A stretch of DNA of 21,831 nucleotides, from positions 9,746,196 to 9,768,026 of the forward strand of contig NC_057749.1 in NCBI RefSeq assembly GCF_004010195.1, read 5' to 3'. The stretch is from Chiloscyllium plagiosum. Its lineage: Eukaryota. The notes beneath the pieces are model-generated. The model was not told the DNA's origin, made no database searches, and saw only the letters and a program-made list of their open reading frames with translations. Shown in pieces: positions 1 to 12,294 of this stretch (position 1 is the stretch's first letter; each line of letters begins with the position of its first letter). A program made the position numbers and the translations under genes.

Positions 1-916
1 GTTCAGTAGTAATTTTATACTTCACAAGCAGGACACTCAGCAGTCAAAATCGCTGACTGCAACCTGTAAATTTCTTCATTTAGCTGAACTTAGGTGGACT
101 TTTGAGCTCCTCTCAAATTTAGGAAATAATGATGCAAATGGTACTGGTTTCACCACCATTAGCAAGGCAAGCTCTTGAGCTATGGAATTAACTCCCAAAT
201 AGAGTTGTATTTTCACAAGAGGAAATATATTGCCTTGGCAGTATCATTCCCTTGGAATTCTTGTCACCAGAGTCCATTCACTGATACAAACCGGTCTTGA
301 CCAAGTGTGTAAAGCTTTTCTTATTTGAAAAAAAACCCCTCTCTTTGATTTAATTTGCTCAAAACAAAAATGCCAGAGGTTCAAGAAGAAAAATATGAAG
401 TATTAAAGTTTGACAGTTGCAAACAAGACAAACTTGTGAACTGGCGATCACATGACCGTAGTTCATGACCTTAGAGAACATTTAAGAGCAAAGAGCCAAG
501 AAAATTATCAGTACTGCTGCCATGTTCAGTCTAACTTGAGCTTGTTTAGCTCAAAGTTTCCCTAGCTCATTAAAAAAAAAATCAACTGTGAAGCCAACCA
601 CCACTAGGAAAACATCAAGATGCACAGCAATGAAGTGCAATTTATAGTGATTTTAACGACTTAGTAAATGCTAAAATTTAAATTTGAGAAAGCATTTCAT
701 TTCTGTCCATTTAATTGGTAAAATGTGGCTTTGACATTTAAGGATGTTAGTTGGTAACAATAGAACTGCATTTGGAGTTTACCAAAGTACTGTCATGTAT
801 GAAAGATTTATTAATTCAGTCCTTTAATTGCTGTGCACCCACTGTAAAACAGAATGTAAGCCAAATTCAGAACAAATAAAAGTTTATATTCTTCAGTGAG
901 CTTGAAAGAAAATTAA

Positions 917-996
917 GATCACACAACACCAGGTTGTAATCCAACAGGTTTATTTGGAAGCACTAGCTTTTAGAGCGCTGTTCCTTCATTAGGTGG
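917..996 (-). mobile_element. Penelope-like element terminal fragment with a degenerate hammerhead ribozyme motif
   Basis: The minus strand of 961-995 reads CAC-CTAATGA-AGGAAC-AGC-GCTCT-AAAAGCTA-GTG. This is a decayed CUGAUGA / stem II / GAAA layout with a CAC/GTG stem I. It resembles the abundant shark Penelope-associated repeat (from recall). Confidence 0.5.
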
Positions 997-1322
997 TCTG
1001 GCAATCCAGAAATCCAGGCCAGTGATATGACGTTATGGATTTGATCTACCATGGCAGATGAAATTTGAATTCAATAAAATTCTGAAATAAAAAGCTTGCT
1101 TAAGGTCAAGCACGTCACCATGGTGAATGATTTTTTAAAAAAAACACTCCGTTCACTGATATCCATAAGGGAAGGAAATCTGCCATCGTTTCCTGGTCTG
1201 CCCTATATGTGCTCCCAGACACACAGTAATGTGTTTGACTCTGAGCTGAGGCCTGGCATTTAGGGATGAGCAACAAATGTTGGCTGAGCCAGCAACACCC
1301 ACATCCCAAGAAGAAATAAAAA
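997..1322 (+). mobile_element. tRNA-derived shark SINE, decayed copy 1 (family also at 8227 and 13262)
   Basis: It shares blocks with the other two copies: TTTGAATTCAAT, GGGAAGGAAATCTGCCATC..CCTGGTCTG, ACAGTAATGTG.TTGAC, GGATG.GCAA.AAAT..TGGCT.AGCCAG, and an A-rich end. Confidence 0.75.
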
Positions 1323-2099
1323 GCTCCAATAGTTTACTTTCTGCAATAGGAGAGGCAAATAAAATCCAAGAACAGTAACTGAATATTCTTAATAAAATAT
1401 TTGGTATTTTTGTACACCTTCACCAACTGCCAAGGTACAATTTCACAAATGCCAACAGCATTTTGGAACTTTTCCCAAGTGGTTAGTGTCTCTGCGTGAG
1501 ACACATGTATGTCAACTCTGGTGACGGAAGGTGCAATACAATCAGGCCAACATCAAATTTACATACTGTATTTGCACTTATTTTAGAGTTTTGTATTTAA
1601 ACAATCAGAAACAGACAGCATTCATGGAATTTAGCACTTCCCAGCCTGAGACACGGCAATCAACTTTTTATGCCTTCCTCTGCTCTGCCCCAGACCGGTG
1701 AAACAGTTAAAAAGAAATTAGGAAATGTTGACTAAGATTCAAGTACATACATACTGTGGAGCCAAATATTATTCTGATACCCACACAGCATTCCGAACAA
1801 CCGAATCACTTCCTATTAGCTCCTATGATGTACATACTTGATGAAACACTGTAGGGATAATCATGTTGCATGCATATTTTCTACACAGATTTATCTTCAG
1901 TGCATCCTATTAACTGGCTATCAATCCAAAAGCCCAATTGCACTAAGAGATAGCAGCATCTACTGATTAACACTTTAATTCAAACCTCTTTACAAACATT
2001 TTCAGAGCATTTAAAATTTCCAACTTGATTCATACTTATCATCTGTGTAGGATTTTATCCAGCTAACTTGGAATGCAGTAAAATGTATGTATTTTACAT

Positions 2100-2890
2100 G
2101 GTCATAGAGATGTACAGCACAGAGACAAACCATTCGGTCCAACTCGTCCATGCTGTCCAGACATCCCAACCCAATCGAGTCCCACCTGCCAGCACCTGCC
2201 CATATCTCTCCAAACCCTTCCTATTCATATACCCATCCAGATTGCTTTTAAATGTTGCAATTGTACTAATCTCCATCACTTCCTTTGGCAGCTCATTCCA
2301 TGCACGTACCACCGTCTGCGTGAAAAAGTTGCCCCTTAGGTCTCTTTTATATTTTTACTCCTCACACTAAATCTATGCCCTCTAGTTCTGGACTCCCCCC
2401 ACCCCAGGAAAGAGAGTTTGTCTATTTATCCTATCCATGCCCCTCATGATTTTATAAACCTCTATAAGGTCACCCCTCAGCCTCTGAAGCTCCAGGGAAA
2501 ACAGCCCAGGTCTATTCAGCCTATCCATAGAGCTCAAATTCTCCAACCCTGGCAACAGCCTTGTAAATCTTTTCTGAACCCTTTCAAGTTTTGCAACATC
2601 GATTTGCCAGAGTTATCTCACGTTCCCTGCTGATTTCCCTCTTAAGTATACTCAGCTCCAGGGAAAACTGCCCTAGTCCAACACTGGTAACATCCTTGTA
2701 AATCATCTCTGAACCCTTTCAAGTTTCACAACATGTTTCCAATAGGAAGGAGACCAGAATTGTGCGCAATATTCCAACAGTGGCCTAACTAATGTCCTGT
2801 ACAGCCGCAACATGACCTCCCAACTCCTGTACTCAATACTCTGATCCGTAAAGGCAAACATACCAAATGCCGCCTTTGTTATCCTATTTA
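2100..2890 (-). mobile_element. CR1-clade LINE (HER1-like), 5'-truncated 3' end
   Basis: The minus ORF 2094-2312 encodes VRAWNELPKEVMEISTIATFKSNLDGYMNRKGLERYG, the typical CR1 ORF2 C-terminus. It is colinear with the copy at 10558-11280 (TCTATAAGGTCACC, CTGAACCCTTT, AATGTCCTGTACA). Confidence 0.85.
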
Positions 2891-2944
2891 CAATTTAGCA
2901 AATTGGGCAATAATTTGCAAGTAGCACTTATCCTTTGTTTTAAT

Positions 2945-3375
2945 AACAAGGCCTTACATTTTATCATGTATGTTAAAGGTGAGACATAAATGCAATAAGG
3001 CATTTTAAAGGATTAACAAAATTTGACATAGTTGCAAATGATATCTGGTCAAAGATGTAGGTTTTTATATAGAAAAAAAAAGGTAGCAAATTGTTGAGAT
3101 ATTAAGGAGCAAATGCCTTACCAGAGATGGCATGGCCACCAACGGAGGAGCAATTAAAATCAGAAATGCTGAAGAGATCAGAATTGGCAGAGTGCAGAGA
3201 TCTCGGAGGACTGTAATGGTGGAGGAGATTACAATGATAGAAAGGGGTGAGACCAAGCGAGGATTTGAGAAAAAAGACAAAAATTTTAAAATTCAGGCAC
3301 TGCTTAACTGGAAATTAATGTAGAGTATCAAACACAGTAGGATGGTGAATGAGCCTGGAGAGAATTAGGATCAAG
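2945..3375 (-). mobile_element. Old L2-like LINE 3' fragment
   Basis: This purine-rich block contains GGTCAAAGATGTAGGTTTT and GGAGGAGATTACAATGATAG..GGATTTGA..AATTTTAAAA, resembling the reverse complement of decayed L2 3' ends (from recall only). Confidence 0.45.
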
Positions 3376-3887
3376 AAGGGTCTCAGTCACCTGAATATAT
3401 GAAGCCTTCCATTTCGGCAGTTAAAAAGTTTCAGCCCATACAAACAATCTATGCCCTGCCAGTCAATAGACATTGGCCTTTTCAGTCAATGAAATCATGA
3501 GCTCAGTCTGCAAACATGTATGAAACAGTCACCCACTCAAAATATTAAAATCAAGTGCCACAGAAAAAGAACCAGTTCCCTTGTTTCAAGACTCTTTGCA
3601 GCCATCCTCCTTGTGGATCACTGCAGAACAGGCCTACATTTCAGAGCTCCCACAGGACAGCGAACAAAGGAGTCACACAGAAAGTGTAACATCTGGACAC
3701 TAAGAGTTCATAGTGTATGCCAGCTGTGGATGTGGAATCAGGAAAAGCAGGCATTATAGAGTGGGCCTTTAATTTATCAATTCATGAACATCTTTCAAGT
3801 GCAATTATGGAAGTGAAAAATAAATAACTATAATACATTTTTGCCTTAATGCAGGATATTCTAGAATGCCCTCGGCTCTTAGCATTA

Positions 3888-4180
3888 AAGATTAGATTCC
3901 CTTCAATATGGAAATAGGCCCTCCAAAGAGTAACCCACCCAGACCCATTCCCTATATTTACCCCTTACCAATGCACCTAAAACTATGGGTAATTTAGCAT
4001 GGCCAGTTCACCTGACCTGCACATATTTGGATTGTGAAAGGAAACTGGAGCACCCAGAGGAAACCCGAGCAGACACTGGGAGATTGTGCAAACTCCACAC
4101 AGACAGTTGCCCAAGGTGGGAATCAAACACGGGTCCCTGGCACTGCGAGGCAGCAGTGCTAACCACTGAGCCACCGTGCC
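3888..4180 (-). mobile_element. HE1-like V-SINE, near full length
   Basis: The minus strand begins GGCACGGTGGCTCAGTGGTTAGCACTGCTGCC (A box TGGCTCAGTGG) and has a B-box-like GTTTGATTCC. It contains the V-domain motif GGGTTTCCTCTGGGTGCTCCAGTTTCC and ends in a CR1-type tail, GGGAATCTAATCT. Confidence 0.85.
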
Positions 4181-4212
4181 ATGCATAAAGTCTTCTGCAA
4201 CTCCAATTTTAG

Positions 4213-4258
4213 GAAAATAAACAGCACTGCAGATGCTGGAAATCTGGAACAAAAACAG
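4213..4258. mobile_element. Short Penelope-associated terminal fragment
   Basis: ACTGCAGATGCTGGAAATC matches ACTGCAGATGCTGGAGATC at about 12620-12638. Confidence 0.4.
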
Positions 4259-4724
4259 TTTACCTTCTGTTTTAATCTAGTTATAAATTTTAAGATTACA
4301 AATTAAATGTTATGATAATAATGCAAGTAATAGACTTTAGTTGGTAAATTTGCTGTCTTCCGTGCTGTATCATTCTATGTGAACATGCTTAATATTCTAA
4401 AGATGAGCCAATGCTCTAAATGTTGGCACAGCTGCTGCAGATGCTTGGTGGAAAATGTGTCTGGAAGAAGGCAGTTTAAATGGGTTATTATTTTTTACAT
4501 TTCCTGTTATGTTGTTTGTCTCCTTCATGTTTCAGCAGTATGTGCTTTGCACTTGCAAAAGATTAAATTGTTTGAAGTGTGCTAAGTGCTACTCGGCAAT
4601 TAGGATGGTGTTCATATTTATTGTGGAGAAAGCACTGTGCCATCATATTAACTTGTAACTTTATTTTAGTTTTCTGCTTTATAAGGACTGTAATGTTGAA
4701 CTTGTAATGTTTCTTTTTTTTAAC

Positions 4725-4818
4725 TTAAGATGGCACCAAGAATAGTGACTCTGTACACTTTTCACTGTGCTCCTGTTCCCTGTACTCGAATACATGTGAC
4801 AATAAAATATAATTCTAA
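4725..4818 (+). mobile_element. Possible LINE 3' terminus (Rex1/Babar-like)
   Basis: CTTTTCACTGT...TACATGTGACAATAAA followed by a short AT-rich repeat tail resembles Rex1-type 3' ends (from recall only). Confidence 0.35.
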
Positions 4819-4987
4819 TGTCAATTTGATTTACAATTTTTTTAAATAAGAAACTAAGTTCAATTAATATATCTGCATTTACTTATGAAGTGTTTGTCAT
4901 TTCACACTTCAACCCAAGTAGAAACCATGCTGGGTTTTTTTTTGCATTGTGCTCTTAAACTTTCTTTAATCATTTTGCCTTTTTGAC

Positions 4988-5259
4988 AGAATCCCTACAG
5001 TATAGATACAGGCTATTTGATCCAACAAGTCAAAACCGACCCTTTGAAGAGTATTCCACCCAGACTCATCTCCCTACCCTTTCCCTGTAACCCTACATTT
5101 CTAATGGCTAACTCACCTAATCTATATATCCCTGAACACGACTGGCAATTTAGCAAGGCCAATCCACCTAACCTGCACACCTTTGGATTGAGGGAGGAAA
5201 CTGGAGCAGCAGTTAAAACCCATGTCGACATGGGGAGAATGTACAAACTCCACAAAGAC
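4988..5259 (-). mobile_element. HE1-like V-SINE, lacking the tRNA head
   Basis: It is colinear with 3888-4100: CAATTTAGCA.GGCCA.T.CACCT.ACCTGCACA..TTTGGATTG, GGAAACTGGAGCA, CAAACTCCACA.AGAC. Confidence 0.8.
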
Positions 5260-6360
5260 TTGAGCACAAAAATCATAATGGGGGTTCCAGTGCAGGTCTG
5301 AGGGAATGATGAAGTTTTGGAGTTCTCATCTTTTAAGAGAAGTCCCAAGACTTCTCTTAATTTAGTGCCATGGGATCGTTCACATTCACTATTTCAAAGA
5401 AAAATAGTTATTGTCCTGGTGAGTCTGGAAATTGAATTGGAGGCTGGCCATAAGTGGTTAATCTAAGATTTTGCTCATGTTGATTTATTTATTTATACGT
5501 TGTTCTGATGAAATCAAAAAACATTGCGTTTCTATTATGCCCTTTTGACTTAATGTGAGCAATGCAGTTGACCCTCCATTTACAATGCTATCAAATTCTG
5601 ATGTCATCTTTCCTCTTTCAATGGATGTTGCTCAATCTGAGGAGTTTTGGCATTTTCTATTTTGTATTTTCAGAAATTCAATAATCAAAGTATTCCAATA
5701 TAGCATAAATTCAAATTCACTGTGATCTACAGAAGAGAGTCTTCATGTTTTTCAAGAGCACTTTGGAAACATTTTTGTGGTTAACTTAAATTTTCAGTTA
5801 AATCTAACTTTAGCTTTGGGTTCTCACCGTTTACTGGAATTCCAATTCCCTGCTATCATTGTAAATAAGGCTGACGGAATTTTTAATGTAAAAATTTGAC
5901 AGAATAGATACAATATCATTTTTGTGGGTGAAGGTGCTTTTCATCCCAGTGCACACTTGAAGGGTGTAACTCTAATCATGATCTACCATCACCTATGACA
6001 CAAAGAATAGCTCAACACAAACCAATACCAGAGAGGGTGTGACGTAAAAATGGGAAAATAAAAAGCCATCACAGAGCATATAAAAGCCAAAGTATAAAAT
6101 ATGAAAGTTTGCAATTAAGATATATTTGCAAAATCAAAAAGCAAGTCAAAACTGTAGAAATCTGATCATTAATTTTGAATGCATACTTGCCTAGTGATGC
6201 TGTCACAGCTGTTCCTTGACTGACCAGGAGAATACAATACACATCATGGCCATTCTAAATACAAGAGTGAAGCTCAATCATTATTTTGTAAAATGAACCA
6301 GAATGTTAATTTGTAAATGAGAATATGCATTGCCACAATCTCAACATGGCCACTGCTCAC

Positions 6361-6486
6361 CTGTATATGCACTGATGGCGGTGGTGATATCGCAATAGTA
6401 CCATTTGTCACGAGAGATTCTGCTGGTTGCCTCCCCCACCCCGGCTGCCCTCCTGGCCATATTCTTCACTTGCATGGTTTGCTGTT
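6361..6486 (-). CDS. Candidate internal exon (126 nt, phase 1-1) of an unidentified host gene
   Basis: The minus strand shows a branch-like CTAAT, a pyrimidine tract CCCCTTTTTCT, a GAGCAG acceptor and a CAG|GTGAGC donor. One frame is open (QQTMQVKNMARRAAGVGEATSRISRDKWYYCDITTAISAYT) and the other two contain stops. The segment is GC-richer than its flanks. I do not recognise the peptide. Confidence 0.4.
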
Positions 6487-6755
6487 CTGCTCAGAAAAAG
6501 GGGCAATTAGTGAGGTAGTTAGGACTTTTTTCTGAGCATGTGTCTGGTTCAATGTTTTTCTAATTCATTTCAGGGCTACATCTTGCTTGGATGCTTTAAT
6601 AAAATCATGGGCAAATAACTTCTGTCATATTGTAATATTTGAGTTCAGTGAGCCGATGCCCAAGAATTTGTTGGCAACATTATTTCCGTGCACACACTGA
6701 TGCTGTGCCACCTTGCGGTGATGCGGTCAGTAAATGTAGCCTTTAAAAGTGCAAT

Positions 6756-6773
6756 TGTGTGTGTGTGTGTGTG
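6756..6773. repeat. (TG)9 microsatellite
   Basis: Read directly from the sequence. It is followed by TATGTATATA. Confidence 0.95.
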
Positions 6774-7003
6774 TATGTATATAAATTGAAGCTGTGTCAG
6801 GTGAGTAAAACCTAACTGTTGTGTATATCCTTCAATACTTAAGAGCAGTGAGGATTTTATTAATATTATTGAGAACTTTAATTTTGCTTTGAGCTACATA
6901 GAGGAAAGTTATAGAATACACAATGTCAATGTTTTAACACATTTTCTTGTTATCCTTTTCTTATCTTATTTATTATATGAATTATTCTACAATGGAATAA
7001 GCG

Positions 7004-7115
7004 AAAGTCACCATAGTTGTAGATGACCATAGGCTGTTCTCTTGTCAGAGACAGACAACTTGAAGGTCACAACACTACATTGAAAACCAGCCATCCAGCT
7101 AACTGAATCCCCCCC
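7004..7115 (-). mobile_element. Internally deleted tRNA-derived SINE remnant (a different family)
   Basis: The minus strand starts GGGGGGGATTCAGTTAGCTGGATGGCTGGTTT (tRNA-like head) and ends CAGCCTATGGTCATCTACAACTATGGTGACTTT. This resembles a common shark SINE (from recall only). Confidence 0.4.
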
Positions 7116-8079
7116 CACCAATAGCTAATATTGAACAAGCTTTTCAAAGTGGGCTTTTTCAGTGCAATTACACCTCAGGAGAGTGGGAATCAAATATGCC
7201 AACAATGAACAAGTGTGTTACGAGTTCAAAACAGGATTGAATGCTGGAGTGTGTGCGCTGTAAACTATTTATCGTTGATTTGGCAACAAGGTGCATGATC
7301 GAACTGTTCTACTTTCTAACCAACAAATTGAGTGGTAAACACAGTGCAACAACTGCATCTCAAGGTCCTGTGTCAATATAATCTTTGTCTAGAAGAGTGT
7401 GATGAGATAGCACTTAGCATATGTGTACAATGGTGATTTGAGAATGAAGTTAGATTCCACTTGTGTAATCTGAATCTGCCTCCCTGTTTGTGCAAGGGCA
7501 TGATCAGCCACAGTTTTAAAGGCAGCAGTTTTCTGTTAGACATAATTGTTTATTTTACTTGCGTATGTAAACCTTCCATGGTGTCATTTCATGCATTGAT
7601 TATATCTGAGTACATGTTACTCCTGTAAATATTTGAGAGAATATTTGAATACCTTGCATCTCTAACAAAATTAACTTAAAAGAGCTGTCTGTTTCAACAT
7701 TTGAATTTTATATCTACACATAGATATTGGTTTCAAGTTGTTTAAAATACACCTAACAAGATTTGTAGGTTAGAATATTGACCCAGGCCAACCACTAGCC
7801 TTGATTCAGATAGGGACTATTAACTATCTGAATTTATAATCCTTTAATTTGGCTCCTTCAACAGGAACATTTAGTACAGGAACTTAGCACTCCAGAAAGG
7901 TCCTTCTACATTTACCAATTTGACTGCAGATTTTGGATCCATTCCTTGAACAATTCTAATTTTGAGAACATTCCAAGTATAACTTGAACATTTTTAAACA
8001 TTTTAGTCATTTTGAACCTTGGTTTGACTACAGTTGGAATTCTGAGAATGATTCTACTGTATTGTAAAATGAATATCAG

Positions 8080-8215
8080 AACATTGGAGAGGGTAAGTAA
8101 GATCTGCTAAAATGATCATTTAGTTCAGAGACTGCATCCTCTGAGGAAAGCCTGATCAGGTCAGGGCTGATTTCTTTAAAAGACTGAGTAACCAGTAACC
8201 TAATACATGACCATA
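8080..8215 (+). mobile_element. Old CR1 ORF2 fragment
   Basis: ACATTGGAGAGGGT...TGAGGAAAGCCTGATCAG..AGGGCTGATTTCTTTA...ACCTAATA loosely follows the CR1 motif LERVQ..EERL..LGLFSL..DLI. It is strongly decayed. Confidence 0.3.
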
Positions 8216-8226
8216 ACACTCGAAAG

Positions 8227-8580
8227 GGGAGATGATGGCCTAGTGGTATATTGTGAGACTATTCATTCAGAGCAATAATTAATTTAGAATCCGCTAAGGT
8301 TAGCTGATATTATCTGTTTTCTGTTCTGGGGACCTGTGTTTGAATCTTGAGTTTGAATTCAATGAATATCGGGAATTAATCTACTGATGACCATGAAGCC
8401 ACTGTTGATTGTCATAAAGCTATCTGGCTCAATAATGTCCTTTAGGGAAGGAAATCTGCCATCCTCACCTGGTCTGGACTGCACGTCACTCCAGAACCAT
8501 AGCAATGCCCTCTGAAATGGTACAGCATGTGACTGAATTGTATCAATTGCTATGAAGTCTCAACAAAGAAATGAAACTAG
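8227..8580 (+). mobile_element. tRNA-derived shark SINE, copy 2
   Basis: It has an A box TGGCCTAGTGG and a B-box-like GTTTGAATC, then GAGTTTGAATTCAATGAA, TGATGACCATGAA and TTTAGGGAAGGAAATCTGCCATCCTCACCTGGTCTGG, shared with the copies at 997 and 13262. About 45 bp of AT-rich sequence is inserted between the boxes. The 3' boundary is approximate. Confidence 0.75.
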
Positions 8581-9144
8581 AATAGATCACATATTAATTG
8601 GGTGACCGTTACAATCAATAAGTATCAATAGCGGAGACCAAGCCCTTTATTGTTATACAACAAATGTTCTTAGCCTTGTTAACTGGATTAGTACAATGGA
8701 TACTTTCCCCTTGTTAGCTGACCTCGCAAACTGAATATTTCCAATATTGTTAAATGGCTAGACATAATGACTGTTTTTCCAACTTTTTAACCCATTACCC
8801 TTGTCTCCAGGATGCCATTGTTAACTGTAAGTACTTAACTGATCAGAGTGATGCTCAGCTGAACCTCTTGCTTCACAAACTCAACTCAACTCTTTCCCTG
8901 TCTGCTTATACCCCATACACATTCTCAAAGGCACTAACTGTTCAACCAAGATTAATTAATATAAGCAACAAAAGGTAAATTGAAGTTGCAATTTTATCAT
9001 GTTTAATGCCTTACTGAGTTTGGTTTATGACAGACTGGTCAAGGAGATGACAAAGTCAAGAGCTGCCTTTAGGCTTGGATTTCAAAGTAACACTTTATTA
9101 TATGTAACTACCAAATGCTATTGTACATGACAATGGTAGTTATA

Positions 9145-9339
9145 CAGTCAGTTCTTCTATAACACAATGGTTGCATTCTTGTGCAGCCCTGTGTTATAGA
9201 AAAATCGTGTTTTAGGGACAGAGTGTTGTCGCCAGCGCATGTTTTAAAAGTTTGTGCTGAAGAAACAGTGTCCCCAATCTGTCAGTCGTGTTACAGTGAA
9301 TTCACGTTGATGAAATGCATGTTATAACAGAACCACCTG
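9145..9339. mobile_element. Non-autonomous Tc1/mariner (Tigger-like) MITE, 195 bp
   Basis: The imperfect terminal inverted repeats are CAGTCAGTTCTTCTATAAC and GTTATAACAGAACCACCTG. The element is flanked by TA on both sides (9143-9144 and 9340-9341). Confidence 0.7.
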
Positions 9340-10557
9340 TACCAGGCCCTGACTTGTTACATTAGCTAATGGTGAATCTGCTCCCTATCTGTGCATGGCC
9401 ATATGCTCTCAAGCTTCTCTTATTCCAGTGTATTTTAACTTTGTCCACTTTGTGCTATTTATACGACTTGACATGTAACTCCAGAGTGCTGAAGCTGTTA
9501 GAAACATCCCTCCCCAAGCTTTCTTTCCTTGTCTTTGGCAATGTTTAATAATTAGATGCATTCTCAAAGGAGTTAAATTTCACTTTTTATAACATATTCT
9601 TGTATGTTCATACTTTTGTATCAGTCTGTATTGTTGATTGTAGACTGAAATGCGAAAAGAACTTTTAAAAATCAAGGACTGTGAAAAGATTACTGTAGTT
9701 TTTGAAAGAAGGTAATTTGACACTCACTATTTCAAGCAGCACTGGATGGTTTGCAGATGAGCTGGAGCCAATGACCCAATAAAAATTTCAGTTAGTAGCA
9801 ACTAGTTAACTGGTCTGTGGGCAAGTAACCAGTCATTAAAGACGAAGGCCTTCTGCCTCTCAACAATTGTGGCTTCCAGGAAACAGAATAGTTTGGGGGT
9901 GTGAACAAGATCATGAGAAGTCATCCAATTTCCACAAGCTCAGGACCTCTCTGTTCTCTGCAGTAAAAGCCACTTTAAAGCTGAAGAATGGCAGTTTACT
10001 TCATCTTCAACAGTTGCTGTAAGCCATGACACTTAATAGGTGAGAAATTTTTGTGTACGCCAGTCATCTTATGTGGAAGCACCCAGAGAAAGAGGATAGA
10101 GGAGCAGCATTCTGATCAGCACATAACTCATCTCACCTTCCAGACTCTCCCTGCAACCTTTTTTAATGTGTGTAGAGGGATAATTTGTAAAGGGGCGGGG
10201 TTAGAGTTTTAACTCGGGGAGTTATATGTCAAAAGCTCTCAGTTTTTTTTATCTGCAGCTAGAGTATTATTTCTAAATAGTGATTCCTGTTTAAATACAG
10301 ATAACAAGTCCATGATTTCTGTTAACTTGGGTCTGAAAAACAGGTAAATTGGCGAGTTGTAGTCCTTAAAATCTTGAACTTTTGTGATGACTCCACAAAA
10401 AACGAGGTTAATTTCCAGTGCACTACCTCATTGAGGTGTTGCACTTTGTTTTGTTTTGTTTTCTCCTACCCTGAGTTTTTGACCTGATCTGACAGCAGTG
10501 CTGACTAGATTGAGAAATTCTATGACCAGATCTAGAAAAACTTAAGGTAAAGTTGAT

Positions 10558-11280
10558 GATAGAGTCATACAGCATGGAAACAGACCCTTGGGTCCAACCA
10601 GTCCTTGCTGAACATAATCCCAAACTGAGCTAGTCCCACTTGCCTACACTTGGCTCATATCCTCCCCAAACATTTCTTATTCATGTACTTGTTCAAATGT
10701 CTTTTTAAACATTGTATCAGTATCTGCATCTGCCTCCTCCTCTAGAAATTCATTCCACACATGGGCCACTGCCTGTGTTTTTTAAAAAAAGTCTTTTTTT
10801 CCAAAAAGCTTCCTCCTCTACCTTAAAAATATGTCCCTAGTCTTGAAATCCTCCACCCTTTGGCCATTTGCCATTCACCCCTCAAAATTTCAGAAGCCTC
10901 TATAAGGTCACCTCTCAACTTGGCCGCCAGTGAAAAAAATCCCAGCCTATCCAGCTCTCCTTAAAACTCAAGCCCTCCATTCTGGCACAATCCTGATAAA
11001 TCTCTTCTGAACCCTTTTCAGCAAAATAATCTTCCTATTATAAAGCATCCAGAACTGAGCATAGTACCCCGAAGGGACCTCATCAATGTCCTGTACAACC
11101 TCAATATGATGTCCCAAGCCCTATACTCAGGTGTGAGCAATGAAGGCAAGTGTGCTAAATGACCGCTTAACCACCCTGTGAAGCAAATTTCAAAGAATTA
11201 TGTACCGGAGCCCCTAGGTCTCTTTGTTCTACAGCACTACCCAAACTCCTACTTTTAATTGTATAAATCTTGACCTTGTT
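10558..11280 (-). mobile_element. CR1-clade LINE (HER1-like), 5'-truncated 3' end, second copy
   Basis: On + it starts ATAGAGTCATACAGCATGGAAACAGACCCTTGGGTCCAAC, homologous to 2104-2142. It stays colinear with 2100-2890 throughout. Confidence 0.8.
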
Positions 11281-11302
11281 TGGCTGGTTATCTGCTGGCA
11301 GA

Positions 11303-12110
11303 TTAGAGATTCAATTGATTTGGTGACCTGAGCATGTGTCCTGAATGGACATATTGGTGTTTGGTGATACCCTGCCAGTCATGCCTGATTTTGTTCCAAC
11401 TGAGTAGGTAGCTCCTGCAGTTAGGTTGGTAACTGGGTAGGATGGAATAATGGAATGAGGTGACAGGAGTTGCAATGGATAGGCCTCTCCTTGTGGCCTA
11501 AGTATGATCGCTGCTGCTTGGGTACTTGCTGCCTAATAATATCCTTTTAAGAAGCTTAGTTGTTGAGACTGTTTGTTTGGTTGCCCATGTTCCCATGCAG
11601 ATGATGTTTTGGTGTAGGAATGCTTAACATAATTCTGTGCGTTCCTGCTCTGGAACAGCCATTAGGCTTCTGGGAAGTTTTCTTTTTAAATTATAACATT
11701 TCTTTTTTGACATAGCTGAAGGACTTCCAATGGATCTGTGCTCAACTTTCTTAATACCTTCATGCACTAAGGTTCGATTCTTTTAATTGTATGAGAAATG
11801 TCTGCTCTAGTGTTCACTTGATTTTGGCCAGAGGAACTTTTATGCCAGAGTTGACACCATGTGATCAGATTTGGACTCTTTTTCTTTATCTGATTATAAA
11901 TGGCTGTAAAAGCATTTTGAGACATGATGTCCTGGTGGTTTCTCTGGAAGAGTTTTTCTTCACAACAGCTCTTCAATGCTCATTCTTCTGGCTGCTAGTT
12001 GGACTTAAGACCATACTTGGAACATAAATTTGGTTGCATTCTTCTCTTCAACAATCTTTGGTCTGTTAGTAAATTTTCCCTGTTGCACAATTTGCTTGGC
12101 TGTGTATTCC
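11303..12110 (-). pseudogene. Heavily decayed Gypsy/Ty3-type LTR retrotransposon integrase C-terminal region
   Basis: The minus-strand peptides occur in the expected order: HSQANCATGK (compare HPQSNGxAER), SIEELL*RKTLP (SPAELLxGRKLRTxLP), QRSYL (PRSY), HCNSCHL (RRNRRHL with CpG decay), and terminal SGHMLRSPNQLNL* (SGRxVRPPxRLNL*). Confidence 0.5.
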
Positions 12111-12294
12111 ATTGCTGCCACCATATTTTACCATGTTGTTTAATGCCACTATGTATTGGGTTCAAGATAGACTATTCAAGGAGAGGCCAAAGTCAAGAAA
12201 TGTCTTCATGTTTTGACTTCAGAGTAACATTATTTATTAAGTATTGCCACCGAGTACTGGTGTACATTGTAGTCATTTATATAAAAGGCTCTGA

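Noticed and set aside
4120..4180. tRNA gene
   Set aside because: The A and B boxes belong to a SINE head that continues into the V-SINE body. There is no complete cloverleaf.
9639..10443. Possible solo LTR (TG...CA)
   Set aside because: The composition is suggestive, but I found no target-site duplication, second copy, PBS or PPT, so the boundaries cannot be supported.
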